Source: Candidatus Hodarchaeota archaeon | GTDB taxonomy: Archaea > Asgardarchaeota > Heimdallarchaeia > Hodarchaeales > Hodarchaeaceae | Direction: 5' to 3' | Assembly: GCA_016839815.1 (NCBI GenBank) | Contig: JAEOTM010000197.1 | Span: 1-10,072 of the forward strand | Length of the DNA stretch: 10,072 bases | Shown here: in pieces, positions 1 through 6,987 of the stretch | How positions within the stretch are numbered: the first letter of the stretch is position 1 | How the letters are laid out: each line of letters opens with the position of its first letter | The notes under the pieces: model-generated | Seen by the model: only the letters and a program-made list of their open reading frames with translations | What the model was told of the DNA's origin: nothing | The model's database searches: none | Position numbers and translations under genes: made by a program

Positions 1-180
1 GTTTTTATATTTTCTAGAGGATTCATGTAACCCTGTAACAACCCTCTAATGAATAATTCTTCTGATATGCTAGCTAAAAACCAAATCAAAAATAAACTTC
101 TATATACTTTTGAAAACCTAATCAAAAGGTCTTCTGACCACTGAGTTCTTACATTATCATTTATAGATTGTTCTCCAAAT
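1..180 (-). CDS. CPBP/Abi (CAAX protease-like) intramembrane glutamic endopeptidase, partial (runs off the left edge; 5' end apparently truncated)
   Basis: Not in the ORF track. Manual translation of the minus strand gives FGEQSINDNVRTQWSEDLLIRFSKVYRSLFLIWFLASISEELFIRGLLQGYMNPLENIK. This has a hydrophobic helix followed by CPBP motif 1 EExxxRG (EE codons at 62-57). The frame has no stop in 1-416, but upstream of ~180 it is simply antisense to the SDR. Confidence 0.75.
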
Positions 181-1056
181 CTCACAGGAAAAGTAATCAT
201 TGTAACAGGTGCAAATAGTGGTATTGGATTTGAGGCCACTAAAGAGTTCGCACGAAAAGGTGCGGAGACGATTCTAGCCTGCCGAAACATTAATAAGGCA
301 AAAAAAGCTTCTGATCGCATCAAGAAGAGAATTCCAGGCGCAAAAACAGTTAATATGCAGCTTGATTTGGGTAGTCTGAAATCAGTGCGTAATTTTGTGG
401 ACGAATTTAAGAAAAATTATTCTAGTTTAGACGTACTTTTAAACAATGCTGGAATAATGCTTGTTCCTTATAGAACCACTAAGGAAGGGTTTGAAAGCCA
501 GGTTGGTATCAACCACTTGGGACACTTTGCTCTAACAGGGCTAATTTATAATTTAATAGCAAAAACTCCAAGAGCACGGGTTGTTAACGTTTCCAGTACC
601 GGCCACAGAATGGGGAAGATGGATTTTGATAATTATATATATAAAAATGGGAAAGGTTACACAAGATTTGGTGCATATGGCCGTTCAAAATTATCTAACC
701 TCCTTTTCACATATGAACTAGACAGACGGTTTAAAACAGCGAATATCGATGCTATTTCAGTAGCTGCTCATCCTGGAATCTCAAATACGAACTTAATTCG
801 TCAATGGTATTTGAAGGTGTTTAAACCAATCTTTTTTCTTACAACTCAAAGCGCATATATGGGAGCCTTACCTTCAATGCGTGCAGCAACGGATCCAGAT
901 GTAGAGGGATCCGATTACTATGGGCCTAGAGGAAAAGGGGAACGCCGGGGACATCCCATTAGAGTTGAGTCAAATGGAGCTTCTCACAACAAGGAAGATG
1001 CAAAAAAATTATGGGAGCTATCAGAAAAGTTAACAGGCGTTTCTTTTCCGATTTAA
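175..1056 (+). CDS. Short-chain dehydrogenase/reductase (retinol dehydrogenase/WWOX-like classical SDR); 5' end lacks a canonical start
   Basis: The ORF-track call 355..1056 extends upstream in frame as PNLTGKVIIVTGANSGIGFEAT (TGxxxGIG cofactor motif at 205-228). It also has NNAG, NHLGHF, VVNVSS and catalytic YGRSK (YxxxK). There is no in-frame ATG/GTG/TTG between TGA 142-144 and ATG 355. Confidence 0.9.
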   Translation, partial: PNLTGKVIIVTGANSGIGFEATKEFARKGAETILACRNINKAKKASDRIKKRIPGAKTVNMQLDLGSLKSVRNFVDEFKKNYSSLDVLLNNAGIMLVPYRTTKEGFESQVGINHLGHFALTGLIYNLIAKTPRARVVNVSSTGHRMGKMDFDNYIYKNGKGYTRFGAYGRSKLSNLLFTYELDRRFKTANIDAISVAAHPGISNTNLIRQWYLKVFKPIFFLTTQSAYMGALPSMRAATDPDVEGSDYYGPRGKGERRGHPIRVESNGASHNKEDAKKLWELSEKLTGVSFPI

Positions 1057-1080
1057 TATCTTGACTTCTGTTATATCCTT

Positions 1081-1713
1081 TCATTCTTCTCCTGAATCCT
1101 CCCATGTAGGAAAAGGACTAGCCAAAAGAAAGGTAAAATAACTAGTTCGGTTAATTTCATCAAGCGGTTGTACATTTAGTTTATACTTCTTGTAAAATTG
1201 ATTGATAAAATGATTGAGTTCTCTTAAGAAGAGCTCGCCGATTTCTTGGTTCATTATCCCTACAGACATAAGTTCCTTCTCAGCTAAGATATTTTGAATA
1301 AATCCACTGACCTTCCGTGCCTTATAGCTGAAAATGTTTTCCAGATTTCGCTGGATTGCTAATAATGCAATTTTCATAAACTCTAAATCATTACTTGCTA
1401 ATGCCTCTTGAACAATAGTACCTAAATCACCAAATTTACGTAAAAAATCGTTTGGAGTAAGTCTCCAATAGTTTACGACAAAGTTACGAATTGTTTCAGT
1501 CTTTGATACAACAGCCAATCCATTCCTTTCTAATTGTCTCAAATTCCGAGTAATTGTTGATTGATCTTTGTCTGTTAAGTGAGCAAGTTGTTTCACAGTC
1601 ATTTCACGATGAATGATTAAGTTCCAAGCTATTAAGGCTTGCGTTTCAGATTTAAACAACCTTTCAAAATAGGTCCTAAGGTTAGTTCCTTCTTCTCTGG
1701 CTGTAGGCTCCAT
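1081..1713 (-). CDS. Winged helix-turn-helix transcriptional regulator (MarR/ArsR-like N-terminal domain)
   Basis: The segment MTVKQLAHLTDKDQSTITRNLRQLERNGLAVV...YWRLT is an HTH plus wing. A CGGAG RBS-like motif lies upstream on the minus strand (1729-1725). Confidence 0.85.
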   Translation of the reverse strand: MEPTAREEGTNLRTYFERLFKSETQALIAWNLIIHREMTVKQLAHLTDKDQSTITRNLRQLERNGLAVVSKTETIRNFVVNYWRLTPNDFLRKFGDLGTIVQEALASNDLEFMKIALLAIQRNLENIFSYKARKVSGFIQNILAEKELMSVGIMNQEIGELFLRELNHFINQFYKKYKLNVQPLDEINRTSYFTFLLASPFPTWEDSGEE

Positions 1714-1734
1714 TTTTGTCTTTTCTCCGTAAAT

Positions 1735-1830
1735 ACACTAGTGTGTGACACAACCAATATATTTTTATATAAACCTTTTGCACAGCGCACATGAGTGTAA
1801 TGCACAACACACACAAGTGCATAGCGCATA
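1735..1830. promoter_or_regulatory. Divergent promoter with palindromic TATA box and repeated operator-like motifs
   Basis: TTTATATAAA (1764-1773) is self-complementary. Palindromes ACACTAGTGT (1735-1744) and TGTGT-G-ACACA (1742-1752) lie on one side. Three direct repeats lie on the other: TGCACAGCGCACA (1779-1791), TGCACAACACACA (1801-1813) and TGCATAGCGCATA (1818-1830). Confidence 0.65.
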
Positions 1831-1862
1831 TCTTAAAGAAAAACCATTTTGGAGACAGAAAA

Positions 1863-2042
1863 TTGAAGGAAATAACAATTTTATCACGAATAGAAGAATA
1901 CACAAAGTATTTTGATCTTTGTTACTGGAAAGAACGTCGAAAGAATCCAGATTCGACCGATTTAAAGAATTGGACTGCAAGAAAACGGACAAAATTTCGT
2001 AATCTATGGTTTGGTGAGAATAATGCTCATGAGGAATTTTAA
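1863..2042 (+). CDS. Putative small basic/aromatic protein (59 aa), unknown function
   Basis: This is the 3' part of ORF-track call 1791..2042. GGAGA (1851-1855) lies 7 nt before TTG 1863. It fills the gap between the promoter and the CPBP gene and overlaps the CPBP start. Confidence 0.45.
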   Translation: MKEITILSRIEEYTKYFDLCYWKERRKNPDSTDLKNWTARKRTKFRNLWFGENNAHEEF

Positions 2043-2826
2043 GACGAGGAATCACCAAGGGAGTGTGGCTTCAGGAAATCAATATTCTCTAAGATTCCTC
2101 ATCACGCTGCATCTTCTACCTGGAGTATTGCTTTTCATAGGAATGATCGTATTCTCACAACCTGTTGTTGTCACCTTCTTTGGAATTGATCCGAAACTTG
2201 GGCCAGTTTTTGGTTTTCTAGCTGCTTCAACCTTATTACTGGTCGAAGTACTCTGGCTTGTCCGAGAAAAAAGAAAATCAGAAAGTAGCGAACTACAAGA
2301 AAGGATCATTCAATATACGCAGAGAAGCCCGATGTGGCAATATTTTGTTGTCACTCCTATTTTAATCGCTTTTACATTAGTCATGTACTTGTTAGTAGCT
2401 CCTCTTATTCAACCATTCATAATGGATACGTTCTTCAGCTGGTATCCACAAGAGTACAACTTTCAAGCTATTATCCATGACCCCTCGGTTTTATCGAATT
2501 TAAAAACATATAGAGGAGCCCAATTATTGGCGATAGTGAACTTTATTTTTCCAGCAACGACTTTAACTGTTGTAGAAGAGTTTTACTTCCGTGGATACCT
2601 ATTACCTCGTATGGAAGAGTATATGGGAGGATATTCCCCAATATTAAATGTAATCCTCTTTTCGGTATATCATTTCTTTTCTCCATGGGAAAATCCAGTA
2701 AGGATCCTAGCCCTTCTTCCACTCGTCTATTGGGTATGGTATAAAAGAGATATCCGATTTTCTTTGGCCACTCATTTACTAGCAAATGTTGTCGGAGGAG
2801 TATATGTCTTATTTGCGGCTTTTTAG
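2023..2826 (+). CDS. CPBP/Abi (CAAX protease-like) intramembrane glutamic endopeptidase
   Basis: Multi-TM protein with EEFYFRG (motif 1), FSVYH (FxxxH) and HLLAN (HxxxN). Start refined to ATG 2023, which follows GGTGA at 2013-2017. Confidence 0.9.
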   Translation: MLMRNFKTRNHQGSVASGNQYSLRFLITLHLLPGVLLFIGMIVFSQPVVVTFFGIDPKLGPVFGFLAASTLLLVEVLWLVREKRKSESSELQERIIQYTQRSPMWQYFVVTPILIAFTLVMYLLVAPLIQPFIMDTFFSWYPQEYNFQAIIHDPSVLSNLKTYRGAQLLAIVNFIFPATTLTVVEEFYFRGYLLPRMEEYMGGYSPILNVILFSVYHFFSPWENPVRILALLPLVYWVWYKRDIRFSLATHLLANVVGGVYVLFAAF

Positions 2827-2926
2827 CCCTAACTAACAGCTCTGGCACGTTTCTCCCTTTTTCTGATTACACCCCAATTTTTTGTAAAGTTGAATCGAAC
2901 TGCAAAAATATGAGCCTAGGTATGCT

Positions 2927-3123
2927 ATGACTCCAAAAGAAGTGGAAAAGAAGTCGGGGAATAAGTTTCTTATGAAGGCCACTTCCATGCATGCCACATT
3001 ATCAGAGGAAAGGGAATCTTTAGTTAAACGAGGAGATTATCAATTTTTTTTAATGCTAGTGAAGATGTTCTTATAGAAATTAAAAAAGATCTTGGAAAGT
3101 CAATTGAAGAAACAGCAAATTGA
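2927..3123 (+). pseudogene. Possible frameshifted small gene or gene remnant
   Basis: ATG 2927 opens a 49-aa ORF ending at TAG 3074-3076. A shift at the T8 run (3044-3051) continues as NASEDVLIEIKKDLGKSIEETAN to TGA 3121-3123. No family recognised. Confidence 0.25.
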
Positions 3124-3177
3124 CTTGTACTACTCCTAATTATCCCTTTTGTCAATTCCTGAATTGGTTCATTTTGA

Positions 3178-3594
3178 TTAGACATTAATTACTTTAAGAG
3201 TAATATTTTTTAATCCATTAACATTACGTAACTCTTGAATCAGATTTTTAACATTTTTAGCTTTATCATTTAGCATTAAAATCTCAAAACACTCTCCAGA
3301 GGGGAGATGGAAATGTGAAGAAAATGTTACATTAGATTGATGTTGAATACGCAAGTATTCTTCAAGTGTACTTGAATCATGATGATTATAAACCAATGAA
3401 ATCAATGTCACGATCATATCAGCATCAGAGATCTTCTCTAGCATATTTTCTGAATTAAAAAAATACAAAAGAGCATCTCTTATCATCTGAGAATTTGTGC
3501 GATACCCCAATATTCTCTTCTTTGTTGATAGCATTTTCTTGAATCGTGGATCACAAGAAAATGTAACTGTATCACGGATTTCTTTTAAAGTCAT
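3178..3594 (-). CDS. nikR: Nickel-responsive transcriptional regulator NikR (ribbon-helix-helix plus ACT-like Ni-binding domain)
   Basis: N-terminal RHH (TVTFSCD...GYRTNSQMIRDAL). The C-terminal segment LVYNHH...IQH...SHFHL...ECFE retains the His/His/His/Cys Ni ligands. AGGTG precedes ATG 3594. It is the last gene of a Ni/Co ECF operon. Confidence 0.88.
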   Translation of the reverse strand: MTLKEIRDTVTFSCDPRFKKMLSTKKRILGYRTNSQMIRDALLYFFNSENMLEKISDADMIVTLISLVYNHHDSSTLEEYLRIQHQSNVTFSSHFHLPSGECFEILMLNDKAKNVKNLIQELRNVNGLKNITLKVINV

Positions 3595-3603
3595 CAAAAC
3601 ACC

Positions 3604-4314
3604 TTAACTAGCAAATTCTTCTTGATAGAATGAATTAAAGTCGCTATACTCTCCCTTTACTTCTCCATCTTTTAAAAGGATAATATTATCAACAGATTTC
3701 ATTATTTCAAAATCATGGGTTATTACAATTACTGTCTTTTCAGGACTGAACGAATTGATGAGAGAAATAAAATGCCCCTTTGACCAGGGATCAATACCGA
3801 TTGTAGGTTCATCTAATACTAGTATTTCAGGTTGCATTGCTAAAATACCGGCAAGTGCTACTTTCTTTTTTTCTCCAAAGGACAAGTTGAAAGTGATTCG
3901 ATCCATTAAATGTGAGATCTGTGCTAATTTTCCAGCTTGAGCAACTCTTTTTTGAATTTCAGCTCTACTCAAATTCATATTCCTTGGGCCAAATGCGACA
4001 TCATCAACGACTTTAGGATAGAATATCTGTTCATCTGGATTTTGAAAAACAATACCAATTTGTTTTTGAATGGTCTTACGAGTTTTTTTAGTTAGAACCT
4101 GGCCATTTACGAATACCTCACCATATTGAGCCAAAAAAAGACCATTGAAATGCTTTAATAAAGTAGTTTTTCCCGATCCGTTCGGACCAACAATAGCTGT
4201 AATTTTATGAAGAGGAAAATCAATAGAAATGTTGCTTAAAACCTCAGGTTGGCTTTTCGAATATCTATAACTTAGATTTCGGACACTCAAAGGATAATCT
4301 GTATGTGAACTCAT
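3604..4314 (-). CDS. cbiO: ECF transporter ATPase (CbiO/NikO)
   Basis: Walker A GPNGSGKT, Q-loop FQNPDEQ, DVAFGP, signature LSFGEKK, Walker B ILVLDEP and H-loop ITHD. Confidence 0.93.
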   Translation of the reverse strand: MSSHTDYPLSVRNLSYRYSKSQPEVLSNISIDFPLHKITAIVGPNGSGKTTLLKHFNGLFLAQYGEVFVNGQVLTKKTRKTIQKQIGIVFQNPDEQIFYPKVVDDVAFGPRNMNLSRAEIQKRVAQAGKLAQISHLMDRITFNLSFGEKKKVALAGILAMQPEILVLDEPTIGIDPWSKGHFISLINSFSPEKTVIVITHDFEIMKSVDNIILLKDGEVKGEYSDFNSFYQEEFAS

Positions 4315-4316
4315 AG

Positions 4317-5108
4317 TTATTTCGATCCTATAATAAATTCAATAAGGGAATTCTGCCCATAAATGCTAATAAAACAACTAATAATTACTATAAAGATAAT
4401 AAATAAAACCCCACTTCGTGTCCATGGCTTTTCAGGATGAGAGAAGGTACTAGTACCGGAAAACCCTTTTGCAGACAGCGAAGCTGAGATATATTCAGCC
4501 CGTTTAAATGACCGTGCAAGAGAGGCACCTAAAATATTCCCGATCAATTTCAATGATCTTAATTTCATGATAGAACCCTCACTATACATTCGATTTGAAC
4601 GAGCATCTAAAATTCGTGAAAATTCTTTTTGAATAAGGTTAAAAAAATGATAGCTTAAAAATAACAAGTTGGTAAGCAACCCTGGAAGTTTTAGATCATC
4701 TAATCCGTAAATAATCTCGAAAAATGACTCCTCAGAATTAACAACCACTAAGATGAAAGTCACAATAACAATACTACGAAACGCTGTAAAGAATGCAAAG
4801 GAGGTTTTAGTATGTACTGCTTCGTACAAAAAATTACTAAAAGAGGGAGGATTAAAAGAAAAAAATGAAATTAATGAGAGAGAAAGTATCAAGGGGAGAG
4901 TATAAGCAATCTGTTTTAAAAAAGTCTTTTGAGGTTTTAAAATAGGGAGAAGGAGAAGAAGAAGTAGAAAATACCAGGAGACTTGAGAGAGATCAACAAG
5001 CAATGAACCTCCAAGAACAATGGTAATTAGGCCTATAAGCTTACTCCTTGTATCTAATGTCTGCTTCTGAGCTCTTAGATCAGAATAGTGATGATGGTTA
5101 CCTATCAT
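4317..5108 (-). CDS. cbiQ: ECF transporter transmembrane T component (CbiQ/NikQ)
   Basis: LDTRSKL N-terminal motif, multiple TM helices and coupling helices (ARSNR...RSFKRAE...AKGF). It sits between the PDGLE and CbiO genes. Confidence 0.88.
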   Translation of the reverse strand: MIGNHHHYSDLRAQKQTLDTRSKLIGLITIVLGGSLLVDLSQVSWYFLLLLLLLPILKPQKTFLKQIAYTLPLILSLSLISFFSFNPPSFSNFLYEAVHTKTSFAFFTAFRSIVIVTFILVVVNSEESFFEIIYGLDDLKLPGLLTNLLFLSYHFFNLIQKEFSRILDARSNRMYSEGSIMKLRSLKLIGNILGASLARSFKRAEYISASLSAKGFSGTSTFSHPEKPWTRSGVLFIIFIVIISCFISIYGQNSLIEFIIGSK

Positions 5109-5415
5109 TTGAAAATTGCTCTTTTTTTAGCCGTAAGAATATAAGAGGTAGACTGAATATGCCAACAACTACCATAATTCCAATTAAACCGGATACAATG
5201 GTAGCTATCATGTCATTCTGGATTAATTGATGAATTAGAGAGTCTTCTGATCCGTAATCAGTCAAAAAGCCTAAATCAAACGCACTACCTTCAGACTTCC
5301 CCTCACCAGCAGCGCTTTCTAAACCATCAGGATTAGGATCAGCGAAAGGGCTTAAAACTAGAAGTAATACAACAATAAATACCGATCCAATTAACAATTT
5401 AGTACGATTCTCCAA
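5098..5415 (-). CDS. PDGLE-domain membrane protein (NikN-type accessory subunit of Ni/Co ECF transporter)
   Basis: SPFADPNPDGLE motif, DY motif and two TM helices. It lies directly downstream of cbiM. Confidence 0.88.
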   Translation of the reverse strand: MENRTKLLIGSVFIVVLLLVLSPFADPNPDGLESAAGEGKSEGSAFDLGFLTDYGSEDSLIHQLIQNDMIATIVSGLIGIMVVVGIFSLPLIFLRLKKEQFSNDR

Positions 5416-5418
5416 TTT

Positions 5419-6105
5419 TTATCGTCTCCTAGGAAAAGGGGAAGAAAAAGAGGGATTATCAATCTCAAGAAATATATTCATTTGAATAGTATTGAAATAG
5501 CTCACAATGAGAACAGTGATAATTCCTTCTCCAACCCCAATAAGAATATGATAGAATAAGATAATGAAAAACGACTCAAGAAAATTTACTTGTGAGACAT
5601 TATTTATTATAGGAATTCCAATCTCGATTGCCGCGAAGACTGAAGCAACTATCACAGAGAGGAAAGAACCTAAGAATACGCCTCCATAATAGCGATAGCG
5701 ATTTTTAGGAGAAGAATTGAGCATAAAAATCCTCAAAATTAAATATGCAACAACAACCCCGACAATTGCCATATTAAAGATATTCGCTCCAAGAGCAATG
5801 ATTCCGCCATCAGCAAAAAGGAAAGCTTGTATGATCAATACAGCTGAAATGACTAAACACCCGCCCCATGAACCTACAATTGACGCAGCTAAGGCACCTC
5901 CCAATAGATGACCAGAAGTCCCACCAAAAATTGGGAAGTTCAACATTTGAGCAGCAAAAATTGTTCCCGCAAGAACAGCCATGTAAGTTAGTCGTGTTTC
6001 ATCAATCTCTTTCATTTTTCTAATACTAATCAGTATGATGATAATTGTAACTACCCATGTAAGAATCAAGAAGAAAGGATCAACCCAACCATCAGGAATA
6101 TGCAC
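5419..6105 (-). CDS. cbiM: Ni/Co ECF transporter substrate-binding S component (CbiM/NikM)
   Basis: N-terminal MHIPDG metal-binding motif (GTG start), FAAQMLNFPI, GTSGHLLGG, QAFLFADGG, ALGAN and HILIGVGEG. Confidence 0.95.
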   Translation of the reverse strand: MHIPDGWVDPFFLILTWVVTIIIILISIRKMKEIDETRLTYMAVLAGTIFAAQMLNFPIFGGTSGHLLGGALAASIVGSWGGCLVISAVLIIQAFLFADGGIIALGANIFNMAIVGVVVAYLILRIFMLNSSPKNRYRYYGGVFLGSFLSVIVASVFAAIEIGIPIINNVSQVNFLESFFIILFYHILIGVGEGIITVLIVSYFNTIQMNIFLEIDNPSFSSPFPRRR

Positions 6106-6137
6106 TTCTAATACTACCTTCCAATGAAGAAATATCT

Positions 6138-6183
6138 ATCTGTAAGACAAAACGAATAATCTGTAAGACATCTGCTAATAAAT
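6138..6183 (-). promoter_or_regulatory. Putative NikR operator and TATA box of the cbiM operon
   Basis: Perfect 12-bp direct repeat ATCTGTAAGACA at 6138-6149 and 6159-6170 (21-bp period). Minus-strand TTTATTA at 6183-6177 would put the TSS between the two repeats. Confidence 0.6.
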
Positions 6184-6311
6184 ATTGTGTGGTGAAAAAG
6201 TACCCTCCAAAATCCTAGAAACAGATATAGATATTGATCAGATAAAATTTGAAAATTCACTTTCTAATGATAATATTGAATACTATAGAAATAAGGATGA
6301 AGAGATTAAAT

Positions 6312-6518
6312 ATGCCAGTCGTACATGTTCATATTTGGAAAGGAATATCTGAAGAGAGAATTAAGGAAATCATTGAAGGGATAACACAAGTATTTGTGAA
6401 TATAGGAATTCCTCATCAAGCGGTGGAAGTCATTATCCATGAAATTCCGAAATCGCATTGGGGTATTGAAGGAAAACCTGCTACTGAGTCCCGAAAGGAT
6501 GCAAAACCACCAAGTTAG
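6312..6518 (+). CDS. 4-oxalocrotonate tautomerase family protein (68 aa)
   Basis: The likely start is ATG 6312, which gives the N-terminal catalytic Pro. The sequence MPVVHVHIWKG...VEVIIHEIPKSHWGIEGKPA follows the beta-alpha-beta tautomerase pattern. Confidence 0.9.
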   Translation: MPVVHVHIWKGISEERIKEIIEGITQVFVNIGIPHQAVEVIIHEIPKSHWGIEGKPATESRKDAKPPS

Positions 6519-6987
6519 TGTAATTGGTTTAATTCGGGAAGTTTTCCACGAAATAAGTATTCCCACTACTCTTGTTTACTCCACCGATTCAGGTTGCTTT
6601 CTTAAGACCTCTAGCTCTATTCTTTAGATTTCTTCCCATGATTCTGTCATTTCTGCTTTACTAAGCTAGATACTTCACCTTAATCGTCCTAAAATTGGTA
6701 TTGAAAGCAAATATTACTTGAATCCAAGAGGAGGCACCCTTTGCTTTTCATTCTTGAAATTATGTTTATCTTAAGCTCTGGTTATCACTAAATTTTCTTA
6801 AAAAAGAAAGGAGACTATCACGGAAGTATGTTATGAGTCCAAAGAAAAAAGCGAAACTAATACCAAACAAAAGAGCACGATATAGTGGTGATAAATCAGA
6901 CATTTAAGTTCAATAACTGTCTTGGATTCCCAACTACTTAAAATATTCTACCCCGGTATATTCTTAGAAAATGACCCCCCAAATCCT

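Noticed and set aside
49-144. ATG 49/67 ORF in frame with the SDR, separated only by TGA 142-144 (possible selenocysteine or readthrough)
   Set aside because: The upstream peptide is not SDR-like, the TGA is not at a catalytic position, no SECIS was recognised, and the region is better explained as antisense to the CPBP gene.
1779-1830. Possible mini-CRISPR array
   Set aside because: The repeats are only 13 bp with 4-9 bp gaps, and no cas genes are present.
1632-2058. Overlapping minus-strand ORFs 1632..1829, 1682..1903 and 1765..2058 (Cys/His-rich)
   Set aside because: The Cys/His richness arises from the TG/CA operator repeats. They span the promoter and match no family.
6106-6311. Cobalamin or NiCo riboswitch upstream of cbiM
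   Set aside because: The predicted leader is short and AT-rich with no recognisable riboswitch core. NikR control explains the region better.
2920-6843. 16/18 match between GTATGCTATGACTCCAAA (2920-2937) and GTATGTTATGAGTCCAAA (6826-6843), both in intergenic gaps
   Set aside because: The similarity does not extend, and such a match is plausible by chance in 10 kb of AT-rich DNA.
6833-6907. 24-aa ORF MSPKKKAKLIPNKRARYSGDKSDI resembling an NLS-like basic peptide
   Set aside because: It is too short, the Lys run reflects A-rich DNA, and the nearest AGGAG is too far upstream.
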